Shown here: piece by piece, positions 19,445 to 28,233 of the stretch
Position numbering within the stretch: position 1 is the first letter of the stretch
Layout of the letters: each line of letters starts with the position of its first letter
Source of the DNA: Acidobacteriota bacterium
GTDB taxonomy: Bacteria; Acidobacteriota; Terriglobia; Bryobacterales; Bryobacteraceae
Direction: 5' to 3'
NCBI GenBank assembly: GCA_049325215.1
Contig: JBMOMB010000045.1
Span: 8,158-72,157, forward strand
Length of the DNA stretch: 64,000 nt
Notes under the pieces: model-generated
What the model saw: the letters and a program-made list of their open reading frames with translations, nothing else
Told to the model about the DNA's origin: nothing
Databases searched by the model: none
Made by a program: the position numbers and the translations under genes

Positions 19445-19888
19445 ATGACGCCGACCACGAAGATCCGCGAGATTCTCGAAGCCAAGGGGAGCGAGGTGTT
19501 CTCCATCCATCCCAAGGCCACCGTCTATGATGCCATCGCCGCAATGGCCGACAAGGGAGTGGGCGCGCTGCTCGTGATGGAGGGTGGCCGCCTCACCGGG
19601 ATCATCAGCGAGCGCGACTACACCCGCAAAGTGATCCTGAAAGGGCGCTCCTCGCGCGAAGCGCTGGTGGAAGAGATCATGACGCGCGATGTGGTGACCG
19701 CCTCGCCGGATATCACCGTGGCCGAAGGCATGCGGCTGATGACGGACCACCGCATCCGCCATCTGCCGCTGGTGAGCGGCGGCAAGGTGACAGGCGTCGT
19801 GTCCATCGGAGATCTGGTGAAGGCGATCATCTCCGAGCAGCAAGCCACCATCGCCCACCTTACCAACTACATCGCGGGCAGCTACTGA
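19445..19888 (+). CDS. CBS-pair domain protein
   Basis: 147-aa ORF starting 3 nt after korB. It has two CBS motifs (VGALLVMEGGRLTGIISERD and HRIRHLPLVSGGKVTGVVSIGDL). Confidence 0.85.
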   Translation: MTPTTKIREILEAKGSEVFSIHPKATVYDAIAAMADKGVGALLVMEGGRLTGIISERDYTRKVILKGRSSREALVEEIMTRDVVTASPDITVAEGMRLMTDHRIRHLPLVSGGKVTGVVSIGDLVKAIISEQQATIAHLTNYIAGSY

Positions 19889-20676
19889 AGGCGCTGGCAG
19901 CGCGGGCAGAAGTGCGTTCCGCGCTGCGCCACGGCGATGCGGCGCACGGCCGCGCCACAGCGCGGGCAGGGTCCGCCCTCGCGCCCGTAGACGCGGTGCA
20001 GGCGCTGAAAGCCGCCTGGCGCCCCCATGCCGTCGACATAATCCGAAATCGAGGAGCCGCCGGCCGCGATGGCCTCGCCTAGCACCTCGACGATCGCCTC
20101 ATGCAGCCGCCCGGCCCGCCGCGCTGTCAGCGTGGCGGCAGGCTGGAGCGGATGGATGCGCGCCCGGTGCAGGGCTTCGTCCACATAAATGTTGCCGAGC
20201 CCCGCCAGGAACCGCTGGTCGAGCAGCAGAGGCTTGATGCACCCGCGCCGCGCGAGCAGCCTCTGCCGGAACTCCGCCGCCGTCAGTTCGAACGGCTCGG
20301 GGCCGAGTCCTGCCACCGGTTCGGGCAGATCCGGACCGGCGTAGATCCGCGCGAACTGCCGGATGTCATCGAGCAGCAGCCGCCCCCGGTCGAGTTCGAA
20401 CACGGCCCGCGTGTAGGGTCCCGTGGCGCCGTTCCAGAGCAGCCGGCCTGTCATGCGCAGGTGGATGGCGCAGAAGCCTGGGTCGAGCACGAACAGGATG
20501 AACTTGCCCCGCCTGCGGACGGAGGCGATCCGCCGGCCGGCGAGAAACCGGCGGAGGCTGGCCGGCTCGCTTCCGGCGGCGAGCCTTGAGCGGATGTCCA
20601 CGGCGGCGATACGGCTGCCCTCCAGCCAGGGGCGCAGCGAGCCGACGATGCATTCGACCTCCGGCAGTTCAGGCAT
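19882..20676 (-). CDS. mutM: Formamidopyrimidine-DNA glycosylase MutM/Fpg
   Basis: 264-aa ORF with the N-terminus MPELPEVE, an H2TH region and a C-terminal zinc finger (CPRCG....R.....RGTHFCPRCQ). Confidence 0.93.
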   Translation of the reverse strand: MPELPEVECIVGSLRPWLEGSRIAAVDIRSRLAAGSEPASLRRFLAGRRIASVRRRGKFILFVLDPGFCAIHLRMTGRLLWNGATGPYTRAVFELDRGRLLLDDIRQFARIYAGPDLPEPVAGLGPEPFELTAAEFRQRLLARRGCIKPLLLDQRFLAGLGNIYVDEALHRARIHPLQPAATLTARRAGRLHEAIVEVLGEAIAAGGSSISDYVDGMGAPGGFQRLHRVYGREGGPCPRCGAAVRRIAVAQRGTHFCPRCQRLQ

Positions 20677-20971
20677 CGATCCAGATCCGGCCGTGCTCGA
20701 TCTTCACCGGCAGCCGGCGCAGGGCGACGGCGGGGTTGGCGTCCCAGGAGCCGCTTTCGCACAGGAACTCCCAGGCGTGCCAGGGGCAGATCAGGCGTCC
20801 CTGGGTGAAATTACCATGCGACAACGGCCCTCCGGCGTGCGGGCAGCGGTCCTCATAGGCGTGCACGGCGCCGCGGTGACGGCAAAGAACGATGTGCAGG
20901 GGCCCGGCCTCGGCGCCCGCCATGGCGCCTTCGGGCAGCTCCTCTTCCCGGAGCACGGACTTCCACGCCAT
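20669..20971 (-). CDS. Rieske [2Fe-2S] domain protein (small ferredoxin-like)
   Basis: 100-aa ORF with the Rieske motifs CPHAGGPL and CPWHAWEF. Its stop overlaps the mutM start by 8 nt. Confidence 0.85.
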   Translation of the reverse strand: MAWKSVLREEELPEGAMAGAEAGPLHIVLCRHRGAVHAYEDRCPHAGGPLSHGNFTQGRLICPWHAWEFLCESGSWDANPAVALRRLPVKIEHGRIWIDA

Positions 20972-21145
20972 GCAGCCATCTTGCCATGCCAGAGGGGCGG
21001 CGCAGGTGGAACCGCAGCCGGCCGAAATACTGTGCCGGGGCCAAAGAAAGGGCTTCCCGCCGGGATTCTTCGGCGCTAGAATAGGGCTGCTTGGAATCCT
21101 ATGCCGTCATAGTCCGGTTCAATTCTTAGCGACGGGAGGTCCAGA

Positions 21146-21292
21146 ATGTTCGAGTCTCTCGACGACCAAATGAAGCACGACGAGATGGAAACCACGACGC
21201 CGCGGGAGAAGTGGCTGAAGTGGGTGCTCGTTGGTGTGGTTTCGGTGTTGTTGTTCGCCGGCCTATACGCAGGAGTCCGGCTGCTGGAATGA
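21146..21292 (+). CDS. Small (48 aa) single-TM membrane protein, hypothetical
   Basis: Not in the track because it is under 60 aa. The ATG is preceded by GGGAGG with a 6-nt spacer. The product is MFESLDDQMKHDEMETTTPREKWLKWVLVGVVSVLLFAGLYAGVRLLE, with mostly G/C third positions and one clear TM helix. Confidence 0.5.
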   Translation: MFESLDDQMKHDEMETTTPREKWLKWVLVGVVSVLLFAGLYAGVRLLE

Positions 21293-21507
21293 GAAGGCAT
21301 TCCGGAGACTCCCGCGCCGGCGCCTGAGTCCTGATTCCAACCAGGCAGGCCGCTGCCGGCCGCCGCCAGTGGCGTGCCGGCAAAGGATCGATCGCGGCGG
21401 AGTGGAAAGGTGGCGGGCGGGCCTGCGCAATCAGTCCGCCCGCGCGCCGCTGAGGGCGGCACGGGGCACGGGAGCTGCCCGAGGGGGCGCCCGATCTTCT
21501 TAAGACG

Positions 21508-22377
21508 ATGAAATTCGGCGTCAACACTCTTCTCTGGACCGCCGCCTTTGGTCCTGGCGACCTGCCGCTGCTGGATCGCGTGCGCCAGTGGGGCTTCGAC
21601 GGCATCGAGATCGCGCGCTTTTCCTTCGATGGCTTTCCGGCGCGCCTGTTGCGCGAGGAACTGCGCAGCGCAGGGCTGGAGCCGGTGTTCTGCTCGGCGC
21701 TCACCGGCGGACTCAGCCTGGTGAGCGAGCAGGCGGGTGTGAGGCGTGCCGCGTCCGACTTCATCCGGCGCGCTGTGGAGACCGCCGCCGAACTGGGCAG
21801 CAGCTTGCTGGTGGGCCCCTATCTGGCGCCGGTGGGAGGGCTGACCGGAAGGCGGGCGACGGAAGACGAGTGGAAGCGCGGCGTGGAGGGGATCGCGGCG
21901 CTTACGGGCTGGCTTCGCGAACACGATGTGACGCTGGCGCTTGAGCCGCTGAACCGCTTCGAAACTTATCTCATGACCACTGCCGCCGATGCGCGCCGCT
22001 TCTGCGATGCGGTGCACGATCCGTATGTCGGCGTGCTGTTCGACACCTTCCACGCCAACATCGAAGAGAAGCGGCTGGGGGACGCCATCCGCACCATCGG
22101 TCCGCATCTGGCGCACGTCCACGTGTGCGAGAACGACCGCGGAGTGCCGGGCACGGGCCATGTGGCATGGGACGATGTCTTCGGCGCGCTGCGGGAGAGC
22201 GGTTACGACGGCTGGTGCGTGATCGAGAGCTTCGGCTCGTGCGTGCCGGAGATCGCGGCGGCGGCCTGCATCTGGCGGGACCTTGCGCCGGACGCCGAAA
22301 CGCTGGCGCGGGAGGGGCTCGTGTTTCTGAAAGACGCCGCCGCGCGGGCGATGGGCGCGGCGGCGTCAGCCGTGTAG
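21508..22377 (+). CDS. Sugar phosphate isomerase/epimerase (xylose-isomerase-like TIM barrel) family protein
   Basis: 289-aa ORF with a typical AP_endonuc_2 layout (FDGIEI...LALEPLNRFE...DTFHANIEE...HVHVCENDRG.PG.G). Confidence 0.85.
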   Translation: MKFGVNTLLWTAAFGPGDLPLLDRVRQWGFDGIEIARFSFDGFPARLLREELRSAGLEPVFCSALTGGLSLVSEQAGVRRAASDFIRRAVETAAELGSSLLVGPYLAPVGGLTGRRATEDEWKRGVEGIAALTGWLREHDVTLALEPLNRFETYLMTTAADARRFCDAVHDPYVGVLFDTFHANIEEKRLGDAIRTIGPHLAHVHVCENDRGVPGTGHVAWDDVFGALRESGYDGWCVIESFGSCVPEIAAAACIWRDLAPDAETLAREGLVFLKDAAARAMGAAASAV

Positions 22378-22387
22378 GAGGGGTGGC

Positions 22388-23710
22388 TCAGGGGCGCGCC
22401 GAATAACGCTTGTACAGCCGCGTGTGTTTGGACTCGAGGTCCACAGGCGCGCCCTTGATGAACATCATTTTCACCTGGGTGCGGATCTCGAGCGGATCGC
22501 CGTCGGTGACGATCAGGTCCGCGTACTTGCCCTTCTCGATCGAACCGTACTCGGCATCGACGCCCCAGATCTGGGCGGCATTCAGGGTGACGGACTTCAA
22601 CGCCTCATCATACGGAAGCCCAAAGGGCACCGCCTGCGCCGCCTCATAAGGCAGGTTGCGGGCGAACTGCGCGCCGAAGCTGGCGAAAGCGAACTTCACC
22701 CCGGCCTGATGCAGGCGCGCCGGCAGCGTGAAGGGATCGTCGTAGGGATCGTCTTCTTCGAGCGGCGTGACAAACGTGGTGCCGAGGATTACGGGAATGT
22801 TGCGTTTGGCGATCTCCTCGAGCGCCTTGCCGGGGCGGCGCACGCCGGCCAGCACGATCTTCAGCCGCTCGCGCGCGGCGAAGGCGAGCGCCTCGCGGAT
22901 CTCGCGCTCCCGCACGGCGGTGATCATCAGGGGCTGCTTGCCTTCCAGCACGGGAATCATGGCCTCGTAGCGCAGGTCGGGCTGGAGGGGTTCGCCCGCC
23001 GCTTTCGCTTTCTGGTAGCGGCGGGCGCCGTCGAAGAAATCCTGGATCTTCTGCACCTGCTGCTGCTGGTTGCGCCGCGCTTCGGCGAAGGTGGTGCGCC
23101 GGGGGGCGAGCCCCGGCAGAATGGCTTCGATGTCGGCGCCGCGCCCGCGCGGCATCTGGATCACCGGCCATGTCATTTGCATGGCCGCGCCGCGCCGGAT
23201 CTCCATCTCCTCCCACGTCCAGCCGTCAAGGTGCATAAGCGATGCCTGGCCCGCAATCAGGCTGCCCGCCGTGGCGCCGCGGCCGCCGCCGGTGGAACCC
23301 GGCGTCGCCAGCACCGTCGTGATGCCGTTGGCCCGCACGACGGGGATGTGCTCGCTGGACGGATTGACGGCGATCAGCGCCCGCAATTGCGGATTGAAGT
23401 CGCCGATCTCGCCCGTGTCCACCGTCTCGCGGACGCTGGCGATCTCCGCCAGCCCGATGGGCGAGCCGGAGTCGATCATGCCGGGGTAGACATGCAGCCC
23501 GCGGGCTTCGATCACCTTCACCTTGCCCTTCGGCGCGATCTTCGGGCCGACCTCCGCGATCCTGCCGTCGACGACAAGGACCGAGGCGTTTTCCACCGCC
23601 GGACCGCTCACTGGATGCACGGTGGCGTTGCGCAGCAGGAAGGTGTTGTTCTCCGCCGCGAAAGCCGCCGCGGCGAGGGCGGTGAGACAGGCGATTCGCG
23701 CGATTCTCAT
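22388..23710 (-). CDS. Secreted amidohydrolase-fold protein, HxH metal motif degenerate
   Basis: 440-aa ORF with a signal peptide and an amidohydrolase-like N- and C-terminus (VYPGMIDSGSPIG... and GSIEKGKYADLIVTDGDPLE). The usual HxH is replaced by SGS. It overlaps the upstream paralog by 4 nt. Confidence 0.85.
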   Translation of the reverse strand: MRIARIACLTALAAAAFAAENNTFLLRNATVHPVSGPAVENASVLVVDGRIAEVGPKIAPKGKVKVIEARGLHVYPGMIDSGSPIGLAEIASVRETVDTGEIGDFNPQLRALIAVNPSSEHIPVVRANGITTVLATPGSTGGGRGATAGSLIAGQASLMHLDGWTWEEMEIRRGAAMQMTWPVIQMPRGRGADIEAILPGLAPRRTTFAEARRNQQQQVQKIQDFFDGARRYQKAKAAGEPLQPDLRYEAMIPVLEGKQPLMITAVREREIREALAFAARERLKIVLAGVRRPGKALEEIAKRNIPVILGTTFVTPLEEDDPYDDPFTLPARLHQAGVKFAFASFGAQFARNLPYEAAQAVPFGLPYDEALKSVTLNAAQIWGVDAEYGSIEKGKYADLIVTDGDPLEIRTQVKMMFIKGAPVDLESKHTRLYKRYSARP

Positions 23711-25065
23711 GACGGCCTCCTGTTCTGGGGCATGGCCTGTTTCTGCTGCTCGAGGAGCTTCTTTCTCAGCCCCTCCTTTTCGGCCTCGATCTTCGGGCGG
23801 CGGCTCATGTCTTCGTCCCGGTCGAAGTACTGCCTTCCGTCGATGAAGACCTTCTCGACCCTGGAATAAATGGACAGCGGGTGCTTGTCATAGATGACCA
23901 GGTCGGCGTCCTTTCCGGTCTCGATCGATCCGACCCACTGGTCGATGGCCAACTGCTTGGCCGGGTTGATGGTGATCATGGCGAGCGCCTCGTCCTCGCT
24001 CAGCCCGCCGTACTTGACCACCTTGGCCGCCTCCGTGTTCAGGCGGCGCATCAGCTCGGCGCCGCCGGCGTCGTCCGAGTTCAGGCTCACCAGCACGCCC
24101 TTGCGGTGCATGATGGCGGCGTTGTACGGGATGGCGTCGAACGCCTCCACCTTGTAGCTCCACCAGTCGGAGAAAGTGGAGGCGTAGTGGCCGCGCTCGG
24201 CGCTCTCTTTGGCCACCTTGTAGCCTTCCAGCACGTGCTGGAAGGTGACGCCGCGGATGTTGAAATCGTCGAAGACGCGGATCAGCATCAGGATCTCATC
24301 GGCGCGGTAGCAGTGGGCGTGCACCAGGCGCCTGCCCTCGAGCACTTCGACGAGCGGCTCCAGCTCAAGATCGCGGCGCGGCGGCAGGAGCTTTTCCCCG
24401 CGCGCTTTCCGCGCTTCGTAATCCTTCCATTCGCGCTGGTAGGCGCGGGCGCGGGTGAAGGCGTCCCGGATCACGTCTTCGACGCCGAGCCGCGTGCCCG
24501 GGTAGCGCAGGTTCTGCGGCGAGGAGAGGCCGGGAATCTGCAGGCCCTGCGGCGAGCCCTGCCGCTTGGGATTCTCGCCCAGCGCCATCTTTATGCTGGG
24601 TTTAGCCTTGTCGAAGACCAGGCCGCGCGCGTCGGCGCCCCAGCGCATCTTGAACACGACATTGCGCCCGCCAATGGAATTGGCGCTGCCGTGCATTGAG
24701 TTGCACGCCGTGACGCCGCCCGCCAGAGCCCGGTAGATGGAGACCGACTCGGGATTCAGCATCTCCGCCACGTCCACCATCGAACTGACGCTGACGCTGG
24801 CCTCGTTGATCGAATCGAGCGCGATGTGGGTGTGCGCGTCGATGATGCCGGGAATGACGTGCTTGCCCGTGGCGTCGACGATGCGCGCGCCGGCGGGCGT
24901 CATCACCTTCCCGCCAACCTCGGCGATCTTTCCGTCCCGGATGACGATGGAGCCTTTCAACGTGCCCTTCGTCACCGTGTGGATGGTGGCGTTCTGGATG
25001 ACGGTGACATCGGCCGCCAGAAGGCCGGACACCGAAAGGACCGCGGTGAGAATCATCCTGCGCAT
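23707..25065 (-). CDS. Secreted amidohydrolase (metal-dependent hydrolase), catalytic motifs intact
   Basis: 452-aa ORF with a signal peptide. Motifs present: VIPGIIDAHTHIALD (HxH), VHAHCY, FQHVLEG, SLNSDD and GSIETGKDADLVIYD. Confidence 0.9.
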   Translation of the reverse strand: MRRMILTAVLSVSGLLAADVTVIQNATIHTVTKGTLKGSIVIRDGKIAEVGGKVMTPAGARIVDATGKHVIPGIIDAHTHIALDSINEASVSVSSMVDVAEMLNPESVSIYRALAGGVTACNSMHGSANSIGGRNVVFKMRWGADARGLVFDKAKPSIKMALGENPKRQGSPQGLQIPGLSSPQNLRYPGTRLGVEDVIRDAFTRARAYQREWKDYEARKARGEKLLPPRRDLELEPLVEVLEGRRLVHAHCYRADEILMLIRVFDDFNIRGVTFQHVLEGYKVAKESAERGHYASTFSDWWSYKVEAFDAIPYNAAIMHRKGVLVSLNSDDAGGAELMRRLNTEAAKVVKYGGLSEDEALAMITINPAKQLAIDQWVGSIETGKDADLVIYDKHPLSIYSRVEKVFIDGRQYFDRDEDMSRRPKIEAEKEGLRKKLLEQQKQAMPQNRRPS

Positions 25066-25068
25066 GGC

Positions 25069-26463
25069 TTACTGCTCCTCCTCGGAGTGGCTGGGGCCGC
25101 GTCCCTGCGGGCCCTGCGGCGCCGGCGCCTCCGGCTCCGGCAGATAACGGACGCCGTCGATGAAGACCATGCGGACGCGCGTGCTGTCGTTGAACAGATC
25201 GCCGTCGGCAAGGACAAGGTTGGCGATCTTGCCGCGCTCGATCGAGCCGAGCCGGCCGGCGGCGCCGTACATTTCCGCCGCCGAGAGCGTCAGCGCGCGC
25301 AGCGCATCCTCGCGCTTCAGGCCGCGGTCGATGGACTGTTTCAGCGCGCGGAGCACCGCGCGCGGCGAGTCGAGCCCATCCGAGCTGACCGCCCACTTCA
25401 CTCCGGCGTCAGACAGGACCGCGGGCGAGGTGGGGGCGAGATCGCGGATGCGGAGTTCGCGGTAGCTGTCCTCATCCTCGGGGTCAGCGTCGCGGTCGCG
25501 CGCGGGCCAGCGGAGGTTGAGGATCACAGACGCGCCGGCCTGCTTCAGCCTCGCCGCCATCTCGTAGCCTCGGACCACCCCATAGAAGACGGCAGGCGTC
25601 TTGAGGTCTCCGGCCAGCCGCAGCATGCGCTCCAACTGCACCGGGTCTGCGGCAGGCAACAAAACGCGCTTTGCGCCAAGGATGCCCTCCAGCGCCTTGT
25701 CATAAGCCGGCCTGGCGATGTTGACTGGATCGGCGGCGTACAGGGCCAGCGCCTGCTGGTAGTGCTCGGCGTCGAACCAGAGCTGCCGGTAGTAAGCCAT
25801 GATGCCCATCGGCGTCGACGGGAAACCCGTGTAGCCGGAGGGCTGCAGCGCCAGGTACAGGCCGGCGTCCGGCGCCACCACCATGTCGCCCGCTGTCTTG
25901 CCCCCGAGATTGATGATGGCTCCGTGGCCGGCGACAAGGCCCTGGCGCGGGAAGCTGACGGCGGAAGTGAAGCCGGCGTTGCGCGCCTGCCCGAGCCGCG
26001 CGTCGCCGGGCTGCAACTGATCGGCGGCCTTCACCCAACTGAAAGTGCCGGGGCGGTCGCGCGGGCCCCAGGAGCGTGTCTGCTGCTGTTGAGGCTGCTG
26101 CTGTTGTTGTTGCGGCTGCTGTGGCTGCTGCAGTGGCTGTGTCCCGCGGCCGGCGCCGGGTTGCGCCTGCGCCGGTTGCGGCAGGCCCCACGTGCTGAGG
26201 GCGTCGATGAGCCCCGGATAGACCGTGAGGCCGTTGCCCTCGATGATCCACGCCGAAGCGGGCACGTCGACCTGCGCCCCCACGGCGGCAATCACCCCGT
26301 TGCGGATCAGCACCGTGCCTTTCTCGATCACGGGGCCGCTGACGGGCACAATCCGCGCCCCGCGGATCGCCGTCCAGTTGACGGTTTCGGCCAGCGCGGC
26401 GGTGATCAGAAACGCAAACGCCAGCAGCGAGGCCGCAATAGCGGGCAGAGAGTTCTTCCTCAT
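25069..26463 (-). CDS. Secreted amidohydrolase-fold protein, HxH degenerate, with Gln/Pro-rich insert
   Basis: The track ORF 25069..26505 is trimmed to the ATG at 26463 (MRKNSLPAIAASLLAFAFLITAALAE, a signal peptide), because the extension would overlap purM. VYPGLIDALSTWG replaces the HxH. An insert reads QPLQQPQQPQQQQQQPQQQQ. Confidence 0.85.
   Translation of the reverse strand: MRKNSLPAIAASLLAFAFLITAALAETVNWTAIRGARIVPVSGPVIEKGTVLIRNGVIAAVGAQVDVPASAWIIEGNGLTVYPGLIDALSTWGLPQPAQAQPGAGRGTQPLQQPQQPQQQQQQPQQQQTRSWGPRDRPGTFSWVKAADQLQPGDARLGQARNAGFTSAVSFPRQGLVAGHGAIINLGGKTAGDMVVAPDAGLYLALQPSGYTGFPSTPMGIMAYYRQLWFDAEHYQQALALYAADPVNIARPAYDKALEGILGAKRVLLPAADPVQLERMLRLAGDLKTPAVFYGVVRGYEMAARLKQAGASVILNLRWPARDRDADPEDEDSYRELRIRDLAPTSPAVLSDAGVKWAVSSDGLDSPRAVLRALKQSIDRGLKREDALRALTLSAAEMYGAAGRLGSIERGKIANLVLADGDLFNDSTRVRMVFIDGVRYLPEPEAPAPQGPQGRGPSHSEEEQ
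26080..26140 (-). repeat. Imperfect (CTG/TTG)n triplet tract encoding a Gln/Pro-rich linker
   Basis: The plus strand reads ctgctgctgttgaggctgctgctgttgttgttgcggctgctgtggctgctgcagtggctg. It lies in frame inside the 25069..26463 CDS. Confidence 0.8.
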
Positions 26464-26498
26464 GGTGAATTCCCGTATTCTAAACTGGTGGTTCCCCA

Positions 26499-27542
26499 AT
26501 GCCAACTCGAAAATCCATCCGTTACGCTGACGCCGGCGTAAATATCGGCGAAGCCGGCCGGGCCGTAGAGTTCATCAAGAATGCCGCGAAGAAGACTTTC
26601 ACGCGCGGCGTGCTGGCAGGCATCGGTTCTTTTGGCGCAATGTACCGGCTGTCGGGTTACAGACGGCCGGTGCTGGTTTCCTCAGCCGACGGCGTGGGCA
26701 CGAAGCTCAAGCTGGCATTCCTGACGGGGCGCCACGACACCGTGGGCCAGGACCTGGTGAATCACTGCGTCAACGATATCGCCGTGCAGGGCGCCGAGCC
26801 GCTCTTCTTTCTCGACTACTTCGCCACCGGCAAGCTCGACTGGCGGGTGGCGGCATCGGTGGTCTCCGGGCTGGCGAAGGCGTGCGAAGAGAACGGTTGC
26901 GCGCTGATCGGCGGCGAGACGGCGGAAATGCCCGGCTTCTACGTGCCGGACGAGTACGACCTGGCGGGCTTCATCGTGGGCTGCGCCGAGCGCGCACGCC
27001 TGCTCACCGGCGAAAAGATCCAGGCGGGCGACGTGCTCATTGGGCTGCCCTCCACCGGGCTGCACACCAACGGCTACTCGCTGGCGCGCAAGCTGGTGTT
27101 CGAGGTGGCGAAGCTGACGCCGAAGAGCTACGTGCCGGAGCTGGACGCCGTGATCGGCGACGAACTGATGAAGGTGCACCGCAGCTACCTGCGGCCGCTC
27201 CAGCGGATGCTCAAGCACGGGCTGCTGTGCGGTGCGGCGCACATTACCGGCGGCGGCATCACCGGCAACACGCCGCGCATGCTGCCCCGGGGCCTGGCGG
27301 CGCGCATCGATTGGGGCTCGTGGCCGGTGCCGCCGGTATTCGAGTTCCTGAAGCGGATCGGCGCCATCCCGGACGAGGATTACCGCCAGACATTCAATCT
27401 CGGCATCGGCATGATCTTCGCCGTGCCGCAGAAGAAGATCGCCCGGGCGGCGCGCCTGCTGGAGCGGATGCGCGAGCCCTATTATCTGATCGGCGAGGTG
27501 ATCCGGCAGCCGCGCGGCAAGGGCCGGGTGATTTACGCCTGA
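26499..27542 (+). CDS. purM: Phosphoribosylformylglycinamidine cyclo-ligase PurM (AIR synthetase)
   Basis: 347-aa ORF with YADAGVNI..., DGVGTKLKLA and GGETAEMPG motifs. Confidence 0.97.
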   Translation: MPTRKSIRYADAGVNIGEAGRAVEFIKNAAKKTFTRGVLAGIGSFGAMYRLSGYRRPVLVSSADGVGTKLKLAFLTGRHDTVGQDLVNHCVNDIAVQGAEPLFFLDYFATGKLDWRVAASVVSGLAKACEENGCALIGGETAEMPGFYVPDEYDLAGFIVGCAERARLLTGEKIQAGDVLIGLPSTGLHTNGYSLARKLVFEVAKLTPKSYVPELDAVIGDELMKVHRSYLRPLQRMLKHGLLCGAAHITGGGITGNTPRMLPRGLAARIDWGSWPVPPVFEFLKRIGAIPDEDYRQTFNLGIGMIFAVPQKKIARAARLLERMREPYYLIGEVIRQPRGKGRVIYA

Positions 27543-27575
27543 GCTCCGCGCTGCGCCGCAAGGAGGTGTTTTTCG

Positions 27576-28196
27576 ATGAAGCGCATCGCCGTGCTGGCTT
27601 CAGGGCGCGGCTCGAATTTCGAGGCCATCGCCCGCAACGTCCGAGACGGCAGGCTGGAAGCGGAGATCGCCGCGCTGGTCGTGAACAACCCGGAGGCGCG
27701 CGCGCTGGAGATTGCGCGTGCCTACGGCATCCGCGCGATTTCGCTGCCGTCGAAGGGCATCGATTCCGATGCGTATGCGGCGATGGTGCGCGATGCGCTC
27801 GAGCCGCTCCATGTGGATCTGATCTGCCTGGCGGGCTTCATGCGGCGCGTGGGCGCGCCGCTGCTGGAAGCGTATCCGATGCGCATTCTGAACATCCATC
27901 CTTCGCTGCTGCCCGCGTTTCCCGGCCTGAACGTCCAGCAGCAGGCCATCGACTACGGGGTGAAGTACTCGGGCTGCACGGTCCATTTCGTCGATGCGGG
28001 GCTCGACACCGGGCCGATCGTCGCGCAGGCGGCGGTGCCAGTGCTCGACGACGACACGGCGGAAACCCTGGCGGCGCGCATCCTTGTCGAGGAGCACCGC
28101 ATCTACACCGAAGCCATCGCCCTTGTGCTCAGCGGCGCGTACCGCATCGAAGGGCGGCGCGTGATCAGGACGAAGGCGGCGGAAGCGGCGGGCTGA
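27576..28196 (+). CDS. purN: Phosphoribosylglycinamide formyltransferase PurN
   Basis: 206-aa ORF with VLASGRGSNFEAI, NIHPSLLPAFPG and GCTVHFVD..LDTGPI motifs. Confidence 0.95.
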   Translation: MKRIAVLASGRGSNFEAIARNVRDGRLEAEIAALVVNNPEARALEIARAYGIRAISLPSKGIDSDAYAAMVRDALEPLHVDLICLAGFMRRVGAPLLEAYPMRILNIHPSLLPAFPGLNVQQQAIDYGVKYSGCTVHFVDAGLDTGPIVAQAAVPVLDDDTAETLAARILVEEHRIYTEAIALVLSGAYRIEGRRVIRTKAAEAAG

Positions 28197-28233
28197 AGCC
28201 GGCCCGGCGCGGCCTCATGACATCATAAAGACC

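Noticed and set aside
16428-19858. Two long minus-strand ORFs (16428..18041 and 18332..19858) opposite korA/korB/CBS
   Set aside because: The plus strand encodes clear TPP-dependent oxidoreductase subunits. The minus-frame products are Arg/His/Ala-rich.
21413-21450. GC hairpin GCGGGCGG-N15-CCGCCCGC after the small ORF
   Set aside because: It has an 8-bp stem, but a large loop and no U tract. That is insufficient to call a terminator or a structured RNA.
21076-22161. 361-aa minus-strand ORF across the small-ORF gap and the sugar isomerase gene
   Set aside because: It is opposite a good TIM-barrel isomerase/epimerase gene. It also runs through a region with a better-supported small plus-strand gene.
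26080-26140. Repetitive CTG/TTG tract considered as a possible non-coding tandem or CRISPR-like repeat
   Set aside because: It has 3-nt periodicity, no spacers, and lies in frame within a CDS, where it encodes a Gln/Pro linker.
24826-26541. 571-aa ORF antisense to two amidohydrolase genes
   Set aside because: It crosses a gene boundary on the other strand and has an R/A/G/D-rich composition with no motifs.
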